From Pseudomonadota bacterium (GTDB taxonomy: Bacteria > Pseudomonadota > Alphaproteobacteria > Rhizobiales > Rhizobiaceae), in the NCBI GenBank assembly GCA_023422735.1, contig JAFAGL010000124.1, positions 1 through 38,579 on the forward strand: a stretch of DNA of 38,579 nucleotides, read 5' to 3'. This document shows, piece by piece, positions 1 to 9,041 of this stretch (position 1 is the first letter of the stretch; the number at the start of each line of letters is the position of its first letter). The position numbers and the translations under genes were made by a program. The notes beneath the pieces are model-generated. The model did no database searches. It was not told the DNA's origin and worked only from the letters and a program-made list of their open reading frames with translations.

Positions 1-382
1 CGGCGGAGGAAACACCGAGCGTGAAGGGGCTCGCCAACGGGTTGTTGAGGATGGTCTGCATTTCCGCACCGGCAAGCGACAACGCCACGCCGACCAGCAC
101 GGCCATGATCGCCGCGGGCATGCGAACATCCCAGACGATGACAGACGCCGCGCGAGACGCCTCAGCCGGCAATAGGATCGCGTGTAGCGTATCGATCAGG
201 CCGAGGCTCGACGGACCCATGGCGAGGTCAACGAGGAACGATGCGATAAGCACCGCGACGAGTACGACCACGATTGCGATGCGCCGCAGGCTCTGCCGAT
301 GATAGGCGGCGACAACGGCTTCCCGACGGCATTGTGTCGGGGGGCTCTTAATCAGCCCCTCCGTGAAAAATCCTCCCTTCAT
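1..382 (-). CDS. FecCD-family iron-siderophore ABC permease (5' part, runs off window)
   Basis: Not in the ORF track. Manual translation from ATG 382 (ATGA overlap with the upstream stop) gives ...IVWDVRMPAAIMAVLVGVALSLAGAEMQTILNNPLASPFTLGVSSA, the FecCD signature. Confidence 0.9.
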   Translation of the reverse strand, partial: MKGGFFTEGLIKSPPTQCRREAVVAAYHRQSLRRIAIVVVLVAVLIASFLVDLAMGPSSLGLIDTLHAILLPAEASRAASVIVWDVRMPAAIMAVLVGVALSLAGAEMQTILNNPLASPFTLGVSSA

Positions 383-1542
383 TCCGGACCATCGACCGAA
401 AGGGTTTTCGACTCCGTGATCCAGAATGTTCCCTCAAGTGGCACGGCGAGGAAATTACGATTAATGTCGCTCAGTGTCTGTTCGGGGTTTACGTCGGCAT
501 AAAATCTTGGATGGATCCAAGTCGCTATCGCCTCGAGCGCGACAATGCTGAGAGGCGAGTTCCAGAGTTGGTGGGAAATCGCATGGGCATTTCCGGTCTT
601 GACAGCGGTGAGTGCTGAAAAACCCGGCCGGGAGAGAATCTCTCGCAGACTCGCAAGCGCGTCATCTCGGGAGATGCCGGCGCCAATCACAAGCCCGCCG
701 CGGGCCCGCATATGCGGGCCACCCGTGCCTATGTATATTTCGGGATCTTGCGAAACAACGTATTCAGCACTGAGTTGTCCATAGCTTCCGGAGATCACGT
801 CATAGGCGATGTTCCGCCCACCAGCGATCGCCACAGCATCGAAGGGTTGTCCGGCCTTGCCGAACGAGGCGCAGCAAACCGGACCGGCGTGGCCCTCGAA
901 TAGCACCGCCGGCCGTTTCTCGTTGGTTGGTACTTTTTCAACAAGCTTGCGATAATGTTGCTCATATACCTCAACATACCGCTCCGCCTTTTCGGACGCG
1001 CCAATCGCCTTGCCCAACAATCTAATCGAAAATGCTGTCGAATCGTCTAGCGGCCGGTCACGGGTCGCAGCACTTGATAAGAATATTACCGGGATGCCTA
1101 TTTTCCGAAGGCGGTCGGCAACGGCGGTCCATTTGCCATCCGCCATCGGCAGAACGATCAGGTCGGCGTCCAGCCTGATCACGGCCTCAAGGCTCAACTC
1201 ACCCCAGCCCTGCCCGACGACAGCCACATCTTTGATGGCGGGAAATCGCTGTTCAAATGCTTGGCGCAAGCCGGCGTCGAGACTTGCCGGCGACGACCAT
1301 CCGATTACTTTCGATATCGGATCCCGCTCCAGCAAAGCGAGATAGGTAAGATCCTGACTCCAGCCGAGCACGAGGCGCCGTGCCGGCCTGTCAAGCACCA
1401 CGGTGTTTTGCGCGGCGTCGACAAGCATGATTGGCTGCGCCAGCGCCGCAGAGCTTTGAGAGAAACCGAGTATCGCCAAGAAGCCGAAAATCGAGAGGTG
1501 GAGCCGAACGAAACGCCGATCGAACGGGTAGAAGAACGTCAT
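379..1542 (-). CDS. Iron-siderophore/cobalamin-type ABC periplasmic binding protein
   Basis: Signal peptide (...SSAALA-QP), D-x-x-x-N-x-V-x-L..PARRLV, SLEAVIRLDADLI and YVVSQDPEIYI motifs. Start taken as the ATG just after the receptor stop, not the long ORF start at 1689. Confidence 0.85.
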   Translation of the reverse strand: MTFFYPFDRRFVRLHLSIFGFLAILGFSQSSAALAQPIMLVDAAQNTVVLDRPARRLVLGWSQDLTYLALLERDPISKVIGWSSPASLDAGLRQAFEQRFPAIKDVAVVGQGWGELSLEAVIRLDADLIVLPMADGKWTAVADRLRKIGIPVIFLSSAATRDRPLDDSTAFSIRLLGKAIGASEKAERYVEVYEQHYRKLVEKVPTNEKRPAVLFEGHAGPVCCASFGKAGQPFDAVAIAGGRNIAYDVISGSYGQLSAEYVVSQDPEIYIGTGGPHMRARGGLVIGAGISRDDALASLREILSRPGFSALTAVKTGNAHAISHQLWNSPLSIVALEAIATWIHPRFYADVNPEQTLSDINRNFLAVPLEGTFWITESKTLSVDGPE

Positions 1543-1549
1543 CAACAGC

Positions 1550-4036
1550 TCACCACTTGTATCGAAGGGAGGCTGTGACAGCTCGACCTTCGCCGTAGAA
1601 GCACATCGCCGCAGACTGGCAAGCGCTGACATACCCCTTGTCGAAAAGGTTGGTCGCATTAATCGTGAGCTGCGCGTCCTTGAGCTCATTCGAGATCACA
1701 CCCAGATCGTATTTGAGTGAGGCGTCGACCAAGATGCGATCTTTCATCTCGAGTGTATTGGCGGCATCGCTGAAATAGGATGAATTGTATCGAGCTCCGG
1801 CGCCAACGGTCAGTCCCTCCAAAGCACCGCTGGTGAATGTATAGTCACTCCAGAGGTTCACCTGATGGCGGGGGACATAAATCATCTCATTGCCGGTCGT
1901 ACCGTTGTTACTGCTCCGAACCTCTGAGTCCGCATATGTATATCCGGCGATTATGTTCCAGTTGTCGGCAACGGTGGTCTTGAGTTCCGCCTCAAAGCCA
2001 CGAATGCGCACCTTGCCGGTCTGGATTGAGTAACCCGTGTGATCAGGGTCGGTCGTGGTGATGTTATTCTGATCCAGATTATAGGCGGACATGGTGAACA
2101 GTGTTGCCCAACCAACCGGCTGGTATTTTACGCCAACCTCAAACTGCTCGCCGGTCGTTGGCCTAAAGGCGCTCCCGTAGTAGTCGGTGCCGGAAGTAGG
2201 CAGAAACGACGTCGAATAGCTGGCGTATGGGGCGATTCCATTTTCGAAAAGATAGGTGAGGCCAAGACGTCCTGTCGTAGCGCGATCATCTTGGTCGACG
2301 GTGGTGCTGCGTAGCAAGTTGTCGGTCGACAAATGCGACCAGTCCTGACGGAGTCCAGCGGTCAGGATGAAGTTACTGAACCGCATCTGATCCTGCGCAT
2401 ACAGCCCGTACTGACTGCCAGACTGGTGTGTGTGCGTGGTATAGGTGGCTGGGCGGGTAATCGAGTAGCCGTAAGTCGGATTGAAGAGATCAATCGAAGG
2501 TGCCGAGCGGGATCGACCGATTGTACTGTAGTCGATATGCCTGTAATCGAAGCCGAACAGTGCCGTATGCTCAATCGAGCCGGTCGCAAATCGCGCCTCG
2601 AAATTGTTGTCGGCAGCGATCTCGTCAAGCTCAGTGAAATTAAAATTGACATTCCGCGTGAATGTTCGCTGATCGCTTGAGAGTGAAATGCCGACGAGTT
2701 TATCGACGCTCAACTTTGTATGCTGATATTGGACGTTCTGGCGGAAGCGCCACGTATCGTTGAACCGATGATCGAATTCATAGCCGACTGCTTGGCGGTC
2801 GGAAACATACTTGTCGAAAGACGGTTCGCCGACATTCAATGAGCGTTGGATCTTACCGTTTCTATTAGGATATAAGGTTCCTATGGACGGGAAATATTGT
2901 GCCCACATCTCGTCGCCCGTATCGCGCTGTGCAAGACCGTAAACCCTGAGGTTCGTATCGTTATCTGGGCTCCATTTGAACGACGGTGCGATGTAGTATC
3001 TCTTGTTATCATCGCTATTGTCGGTGATCGTGCCGACGCTGTTGGCTAAACCGACCAAGCGATAGGAGAGTTGGCCGCTTGGATCGATCGGCCCGCCGAG
3101 ATCGAACGCACCTTGCAACCGGCCGTAGCTTCCTGTTTGGAGGACGACCTCACGGACCGGGACATCGGTGGGCTGCTTACTGACGAGGTTCACGACTCCA
3201 CCTGGATAGGATTGTCCGAGCAATAGCGATGCCGGACCTTTTAGAATTTCGACCCGCTCAAGACCGTAAGGTTCGGTCTTCGGATTGGCGAAACCACCGG
3301 CCGATGCCCTGATACCGTTCCAGACTTGATTGCTGGTAGCGCTAAATCCCCTGAGGTAGAAATCGTCTGAAGCTTGGCTACCGCGAAAAGCGGCGGCGCT
3401 GACGCCAGGCGTGTAGACTACCGCTTGGTCGACCGAACGTACCTCGCGTGTTTCAAGTTCTTCGCGCCCGATGACGTTCACCGTCTGGGGGACTTCGATA
3501 ATCGGAGTGTCTGTTTTTGTTCCTGCCGCTGTCAGCGTAGCGACCACTCCGTTGACGGGACCCCGTGCGCTCTCACCCTGAACGGTAACCGTGTCGAGCA
3601 CTAGCGAGCCATCAGCGCTGATGCTGCCGCCCTCGGTCGAAGTTGCCGCGCTGAGGATCGTCACCGTGTTGGCGTTGGTGAAGCTGTAACGCAGGCCGGA
3701 GTTCGACAGCAGTTGCGCCAGCGCCTGTTCAGTCGACATCGTGCCGGAGACGGGCGGCGCCGTGGTGCCCGCAGCGACCGACGTCTGATAGGCGATCTGC
3801 ACGCCCGTCTGGTCGGAGAGACTGCGCAGAGCCCGGTTCAGGGGCTGACTCGGGATGTTGAAGCTGTGCGTGCGCGCCGTCTGCGCGACGGCCTCCGCGA
3901 TCGGGAGAAGAGAGGGGATGGTGCCGAGGCAAAGCGCGGAACTCATCATGAGCGTCGTCAGCAGATGGCAGTGAGCCCGCCGGCCGATGGTCTGTCCTGC
4001 ACTTGCGTCGTTCATTGAACCCCAAACCCTCTTCAT
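1550..4036 (-). CDS. TonB-dependent siderophore receptor (transducer) with N-terminal STN signalling domain
   Basis: FNIPSQPLNRALRSLSDQTG STN domain, TonB box LDTVTVQG, plug motifs TKTDTPIIEVPQTVNVI and LERVEILKGPAS, NLFDK..Y, C-terminal aromatic YKW. Confidence 0.95.
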   Translation of the reverse strand: MKRVWGSMNDASAGQTIGRRAHCHLLTTLMMSSALCLGTIPSLLPIAEAVAQTARTHSFNIPSQPLNRALRSLSDQTGVQIAYQTSVAAGTTAPPVSGTMSTEQALAQLLSNSGLRYSFTNANTVTILSAATSTEGGSISADGSLVLDTVTVQGESARGPVNGVVATLTAAGTKTDTPIIEVPQTVNVIGREELETREVRSVDQAVVYTPGVSAAAFRGSQASDDFYLRGFSATSNQVWNGIRASAGGFANPKTEPYGLERVEILKGPASLLLGQSYPGGVVNLVSKQPTDVPVREVVLQTGSYGRLQGAFDLGGPIDPSGQLSYRLVGLANSVGTITDNSDDNKRYYIAPSFKWSPDNDTNLRVYGLAQRDTGDEMWAQYFPSIGTLYPNRNGKIQRSLNVGEPSFDKYVSDRQAVGYEFDHRFNDTWRFRQNVQYQHTKLSVDKLVGISLSSDQRTFTRNVNFNFTELDEIAADNNFEARFATGSIEHTALFGFDYRHIDYSTIGRSRSAPSIDLFNPTYGYSITRPATYTTHTHQSGSQYGLYAQDQMRFSNFILTAGLRQDWSHLSTDNLLRSTTVDQDDRATTGRLGLTYLFENGIAPYASYSTSFLPTSGTDYYGSAFRPTTGEQFEVGVKYQPVGWATLFTMSAYNLDQNNITTTDPDHTGYSIQTGKVRIRGFEAELKTTVADNWNIIAGYTYADSEVRSSNNGTTGNEMIYVPRHQVNLWSDYTFTSGALEGLTVGAGARYNSSYFSDAANTLEMKDRILVDASLKYDLGVISNELKDAQLTINATNLFDKGYVSACQSAAMCFYGEGRAVTASLRYKW

Positions 4037-4104
4037 AGATCAGCCCATGCGGGCCCCCATTCGAAGGGCGTGGGTAGTTCTGTGCCAGGTCCCTTCACCA
4101 CATT

Positions 4105-4133
4105 GACGCGTGAGAGGGCATTTTGCCTAAAGA
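4105..4133 (-). promoter_or_regulatory. Putative FecI-type ECF sigma promoter upstream of the receptor
   Basis: Minus strand reads TCTTTAGG-N17-CGTC and is 26/29 identical to the copy at 5232-5260. Confidence 0.7.
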
Positions 4134-4170
4134 CGGAATCGCAACTTTTTTGAAAAAGTTTGGGCGGGGG

Positions 4171-5169
4171 TCAGGTGATGAGGATCACCACGCCCGGAAC
4201 CCGGCGCGCCACCAGACCTTGCGTCTTCGCGAGAGCCTGCATGGCATCGAACGCACTCCGTGTTGAGAACATGGCGCTCACGGGGACATTCGGCTTTGCG
4301 CCGGGGCCAAGCACGATCCGCTCGGGGACATATCGGCCAAGTTCGGCGATCGCTGCCGAGAACGGCCGACCCTCGAAAATCACCCGGCCATTTCGCCACG
4401 CCAGGACGACCTCGGTGTCGACGGCGGAAACCGGCAAGGGGTGCTCGCCGGCGACGTAGCTCGTTTGCTGGCTCGTCAGCACCTCGACCTGGCCGGCCCG
4501 GGCCTCGGCGACATCGGTTGGGGCTGCAGGACCGGCCACGCGCACACGACCTTCCTGCACGGTGATCGTCGCCACATTTTCCAACGACCTCACCGAGAAC
4601 GTCGTGCCGAGCGCATCGCTGTTGCCGTCCAATGTGGCGACACGAAACAGCGAGGACGGATCGTAACGGACCTTAAATTCGGCCTCACCTTTCAGAAGCC
4701 TGACGAGCCGTAGTTGAGGCTGGAAATCCACTGCAATCGCACTGTCAGTGTTGAGCGTCACAAGCGAGCCGTCGGGCAGCGAGACGTCCGCCTGCTCACC
4801 CACGGCGGTCTTGAAATCTGCATCCCAAAGCAATTGCAATCGGGGCATGGCGATCACGGCGGCCGCCGCCGTAACCGCAGCGCCGCCCCCGATAAGGAAG
4901 TCGCGCCGCCCGATCAAGCCGCGCCGTTGGCGTGCCGGGTGTCGAAAGGGCGGCATACCGTCGGATTTGCCGTCGAGTACCTGCAATTGTTGCCAGAACA
5001 CCCGTTCGCGCTCGAAAGCCTGGTTGTGCTTCGGCGACCGATCGCGCCACGCCTTGAAGCGCTGCAGTTCCGCATCGCTGACATTGCCGGACGTCAAACG
5101 CACGATCCAGTCACGCGCATCGAGTGCGATCCGGCGGTCTATGTCAGGGCGTTTATCGGCGTCTTTCAT
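4171..5169 (-). CDS. fecR: FecR anti-sigma / transmembrane sensor
   Basis: N-terminal A..WIVRL.SG....E...F..W domain, RRDFL before the TM helix, TAVGEQ..V.LPDGS.V.LNTDS, L.KGEA.F.V, ALGT.F and LAWR.G motifs. Confidence 0.93.
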   Translation of the reverse strand: MKDADKRPDIDRRIALDARDWIVRLTSGNVSDAELQRFKAWRDRSPKHNQAFERERVFWQQLQVLDGKSDGMPPFRHPARQRRGLIGRRDFLIGGGAAVTAAAAVIAMPRLQLLWDADFKTAVGEQADVSLPDGSLVTLNTDSAIAVDFQPQLRLVRLLKGEAEFKVRYDPSSLFRVATLDGNSDALGTTFSVRSLENVATITVQEGRVRVAGPAAPTDVAEARAGQVEVLTSQQTSYVAGEHPLPVSAVDTEVVLAWRNGRVIFEGRPFSAAIAELGRYVPERIVLGPGAKPNVPVSAMFSTRSAFDAMQALAKTQGLVARRVPGVVILIT

Positions 5170-5231
5170 TCACTTGGCGCAATAGAGTTTGATCAGTGGA
5201 GGCACTCAGACTCGAGCGCTTCTACCTTATA

Positions 5232-5260
5232 GACGCGTGAGAGCGCCCTTTGCCTAAAGA
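5232..5260 (-). promoter_or_regulatory. Putative FecI-type ECF sigma promoter upstream of fecR
   Basis: TCTTTAGGCAAAGGGCGCTCTCACGCGTC on the minus strand, the second copy of the motif at 4105-4133. Confidence 0.7.
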
Positions 5261-5273
5261 GATTGCTGAAAAT

Positions 5274-5797
5274 TCAGTCCGCTAGTTCGTCGCGGAGCTC
5301 GGCCAGCCGCTCCAGCGCCCGACGGATGTGGTAGTAGACCGCTTCTTCCGTGATGCCGAGGCTTTCGGCGATGCGGCGATGCGGGATCTGCTCGACCCTG
5401 TTCATCAGGAATATCTGACGTGTCCTGGGCGCCAGCTCGTCGAGCGCGGCGCAAACGGAGGACAGCCTCTCGCGACCGATCAGTACCCGTTCGGGTGAAG
5501 CCTCGTCTACGTTCTCCCACAGCAGGCCGCTGAGTTCCAGGTCGATCTCGCTGCGGCGGCGTTCCTTGCGCAAATGCCCGGCGATGGTCGTGCTCGCGAC
5601 CTGGGTAATGAAACCGCTGGGTTGTCGATTTGACCGTCGAGCTGCGTGCTTTCCAGCTTCAGCCACGCATCCTGGATCAGATCCTCGGCCGTCGCCCGGC
5701 AACCGGTGCGCGCCTGCGCCACCGCTTCCAAACGCGGCCGCACCTTGACGAAAGCACCGATCAGTTTTGCGAGTTTGAGCCTGTCCACGCGAACCAC
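5274..5797 (-). pseudogene. fecI: FecI-like ECF sigma factor, frameshifted at ~5614
   Basis: Region 2 (RTGCRATAEDLIQDAWLKL, ORF 5507-5797) and region 4 (LDELAPRTRQIFLMNRVEQIPHRRIAESLGITEEAVYYHIRRAL, ORF 5274-5966) are in different frames. Adding one G restores NPAGFITQ. Could be a sequencing error. Confidence 0.85.
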
Positions 5798-5883
5798 AAC
5801 AGCAAGGATACGACGACGCGCCCCTGCCCGGCAGAGGACCGCAACGGCGTAATGGATTGAGAAAATCCCTGCAATGGCAATGA

Positions 5884-5900
5884 TTTAGATTAGTTCTAGC
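5884..5900. promoter_or_regulatory. Irr-binding iron control element (ICE)-like box
   Basis: TTTAGAT-TAG-TTCTAGC vs the ICE consensus TTTAGAA-N3-TTCTAAA (11/14), in the AT-rich region upstream of fecI. Confidence 0.5.
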
Positions 5901-6109
5901 TTTCCGCGCCAAAAGTTGGGCACCATTGTCATCTTTAGTGTTTGATTTTATTGGCCGCCTTCCCACTCAGCACGTCGCCGATGAATCTGGCAGGTTCCCA
6001 CGCGGGCGGCACTTTCTCCAGATAAGTTGCGCAATTGCAACAAGCATAGCGGCGGCGTGCATCGAGCCGGCCGACTCGACTTCGTCAGTGAGGCGGCGGC
6101 GGATCTTCG

Positions 6110-6301
6110 ATGGGCTTCCGGGAAGGCGATGTCCTGATCGACGATAATGTTGACCTTTCAGCCGGGACGGATCTCCAGCGTCGGCTGCACGTCCATGTTG
6201 CGCTGGATCGTCCGCTCCGCCATCCGACCGAAGGTTTCCGATAAGTTGCGCCGTACAGCGTCCTCGGCCGTATTTGCTGTCCCGAAAGCGTCGCGGTCCT
6301 T
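6110..6301 (-). pseudogene. trbI: TrbI/VirB10 conjugal transfer protein, C-terminal relic
   Basis: Manual translation DAVRRNLSETFGRMAERTIQRNMDVQPTLEIRPG*KVNIIVDQDIAFP matches the TrbI C-terminus. In-frame TGA at 6158-6160; N-terminus missing. Confidence 0.8.
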
Positions 6302-6789
6302 GAGGGAGTTTCACGGTGTTCTGCAGGTCGCGATGGGAGGCGATGGCATCCATCTCTATCAGTTCATCGTGCATACGGTTTGCTACGGCTCTTGGGAATT
6401 GAACGCCGAATCCGCCGACATCGCGCTCGACGATCTGAAGCTGCACAAAGGTCAGCGGTTTTTGTACGAATACGACCTCAATATTCCCTGGGAGCATGAG
6501 TCACGGCTGGAAGAGCGGCGTTCTCCCAGGCCGGGCACGCGTTATCCCTGCTGCATCGGAGCGGAGAGAGCTGCCTGCCTAAGACAGCGGTGGTCCCGAG
6601 GCCTGGATGTAGCAACGGGACGAAGCGCTCGGCCTGGAATTGAGTGAGGATCTTGCCACGGCGTTGGAATTTATCACAGAGATTAACGATACCCGGTCAC
6701 TCGCCGTTCTAGCCGATCCCGATCGCAAAGGTGAGCTGGAGTATCTGCTGTCTTACATCAGGACGCGTGCTGGCTCCAAAGACGGCTGA
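6298..6789 (+). pseudogene. Plasmid pRiA4b ORF-3 family protein relic (mobile-element passenger)
   Basis: LREFHGVLQVAMG.DGIHLYQF...FLYEYDLNIPWEHE...YPCCIG..., then after a frameshift DSGGPEAWM* (normally CPPEDxGG). No N-terminus. Confidence 0.7.
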
Positions 6790-6801
6790 GGTTGCCTGAA
6801 T

Positions 6802-7940
6802 ATGGCGGGTGAGGAAAAGGGGCCCATGTCCGGGGGCGCGTCGCTTTCGCTGCGCAACCTCGAAAAGAGCTATGGAGCGGCTAATGCCTTGCGGAGCGTC
6901 AGTCTGGACCTCGCGCCGGGACGCTTCCTGACGTTGCTCGGGCCTTCGGGCTCGGGCAAGACGACGACCCTGATGATGATCGCAGGCTTCATCGAGCCGA
7001 GCGCCGGAGCAATTTGCATCAACGATCGTGACGTGACCGATCTGCCCGCTCACAAGCGCGACATCGGCATGGTATTTCAGAACTACGCGCTTTTTCCCAC
7101 CTGACGGTGGCCGAGAATGTCGGTTTCGCGCTGAAAATGCGTCGCGTCGGCAAGGTGTAAATGCACGAGCGCTCCATGGAGTTTCTCGGTCTCGTGGGGC
7201 TCGAAGATTTCGGCGGCCGTTATCCTCATCAATTGTCCGGCGGGCAGCAGCAGCGCGTTGCATTGGCGCGAGCCCTCGTCTTCTCCCCTTCGCTTGTATT
7301 GATGGATGAGCCACTCGGCGCCCTCGATCGCCGTCTCCGGCTTCAGATGCAGGAGGAGATCAAACGCATACAGCAGGAACTCGGGCTGACCGTCGTCTAT
7401 GTGACCCACGATCAGGAGGAGGCGTTGACGATGTCCGACGACATCGCCGTTATGGGAGACGGACGCATCGCCAGCCTCGGATCCCCGCGCGAAACCTATG
7501 AGCGCCCGGGCAACAGGTTCACCGCCCACTTCATCGGAGAATCGAACTTCCTCGACGGTCGGTTCGCTGGAAGGGAAGGCGGCAATACGGTCATTGCCGT
7601 CGGGAATGGAAAACTGTCAGTGTCCGGCCAGCCTGATCTGAACGCTGACCAGCCCGCAACGATTTTTGTTCGCCCTGAACTTCTCAGGCTGTCGGACGCC
7701 AACGGGGCAGGAGCCAACTCGCTGCCCTGCACGCTCATTTCAGAAATCTATCTTGGAGAGAGCGTGATTTACGCCGTGCGTCTGCAGGACGGCACGCCCC
7801 TGAAGGTCCGCCGACCCAATCGCGGTATCGGCATCGACCATAAGGTCGCCACCGGTTTGCATGTCGGCTTTGAACCACAGAATGCCCGGATACTCGATCC
7901 TAATCCGGGTGAAACCGCGAGAACCGGCTTTATCGCCTGA
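6802..7940 (+). pseudogene. PotA-like polyamine/opine ABC ATPase, disrupted
   Basis: Walker [40 protein letters not shown]. 1-bp frameshift at ~7098 (FP/HLTVAENV) plus in-frame TAA at 7158-7160. Confidence 0.9.
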
Positions 7941-7961
7941 ATAACAAGGAAAAAAAGGGGA

Positions 7962-9041
7962 ATGAAAATGAAAAACACTATTCTTGCCGCTACACTCTGC
8001 GGCTTCACGGCACTCGGCACGATCGCCGCCTTGGCTCAAGGCAATGACAATCTTGTCGTCCTTTCACTGGGAGGCAGCTACCAGGAAGCGCAAAGCACGC
8101 ATTGGTTCAAGCCGTATGCTGCGGAGACCGGCGTGAACCTCACGGAAGCTGCCGGCTACAACTTCGCCAATCTGAGGGTAATGATCCAGTCCGGTAACGT
8201 CGAGGCGAATTTGGTGGACCTTACGGCGCACTCGCTTAACGCGCTTGCTGGCGATGGGCTTCTGGAGCCGATCGATTGGTCCGCTCTTCCCGAGAGTTGC
8301 ACTACCGGCATTCCAGAGGAAGTGCGCCACGAATACGCATTCCCGACGATCCAGTGGGCAATGGTTCTGGCTTACAATACAGAGACTTATCCGGAAGGGC
8401 CTAAGGATTGGAGCGACTTCTGGGATACAAACGCGTTTCCGGGCAAGCGTGGTTCCATCGGCGCAACGAATCCGCCGACCGAGCAGGCAACACAGGCCAT
8501 CAACCCAGACCTTGAAAATCTCTATCCATTCGACATCGAAGCAAGCTTCGCAAAGATCGCGGAGTTGGGAAACGACATCACATTTTCGGATGGTTACGCA
8601 CAGGTGGTGCAATTCTTCGCTGATGGTGAAGTCGATATGATCATTATCCCCAATGGTCGCGTTGTGCCGCTTATCAAGAGCGGTGTGCCGGTGGCGATCC
8701 AGTGGAACCAGCATCTTCGCTACGCGCAGTACCTTGCAATTCCAAAGGGTGCAGCCAATGCCGGGGCGGCAATGAATTTCCTCAGCTGGGCATGCCAGCC
8801 GGAAATTGTCGCTAGATTGGCAGAACCGCTGAATTACGGCCCCATAAACAGCGACGCATATGCTTTCGTCCCGGAAGAAATCGTTCCTCTCCTGCCGGGT
8901 AGCCCCTCCATCGCCGAGCAGGGGCGGTTGTCGAACTCGGTCTGGATGGGCGAACATCGCCAAGACATCGCCAAGACATCGCACGCGGCTGGGCACGGTT
9001 GGCAGTGCGCTGATCATGGCCAGTTCCGTATCAAGCGTTAA
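7962..9041 (+). CDS. PotD/PotF-like periplasmic binding protein, C-terminus frameshifted by an 11-bp duplication (native stop probably 9011-9013)
   Basis: Signal peptide, SLGGSYQ, PKDWSDFWD..FPGKR and AIPKGA motifs. Removing one ACATCGCCAAG unit gives ...EHRQDIARGWARLAVR*. Confidence 0.85.
   Translation: MKMKNTILAATLCGFTALGTIAALAQGNDNLVVLSLGGSYQEAQSTHWFKPYAAETGVNLTEAAGYNFANLRVMIQSGNVEANLVDLTAHSLNALAGDGLLEPIDWSALPESCTTGIPEEVRHEYAFPTIQWAMVLAYNTETYPEGPKDWSDFWDTNAFPGKRGSIGATNPPTEQATQAINPDLENLYPFDIEASFAKIAELGNDITFSDGYAQVVQFFADGEVDMIIIPNGRVVPLIKSGVPVAIQWNQHLRYAQYLAIPKGAANAGAAMNFLSWACQPEIVARLAEPLNYGPINSDAYAFVPEEIVPLLPGSPSIAEQGRLSNSVWMGEHRQDIAKTSHAAGHGWQCADHGQFRIKR
8954..8982 (+). repeat. 11-bp tandem duplication (ACATCGCCAAG x2.6)
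   Basis: Directly visible: ACATCGCCAAG ACATCGCCAAG ACATCGC. Confidence 0.9.

Noticed and set aside
5860..5960. Fur box or RirA IRO site upstream of fecI
   Set aside because: No convincing GATAATGATAATCATTATC or TGA-N9-TCA match was found by eye.
5967..6497. 176-aa minus ORF and the N-terminal part of ORF 6147-6647
   Set aside because: Chance frames across the trbI/ORF-3 scar. The meaningful homology lies in other frames or covers only part of the ORF.
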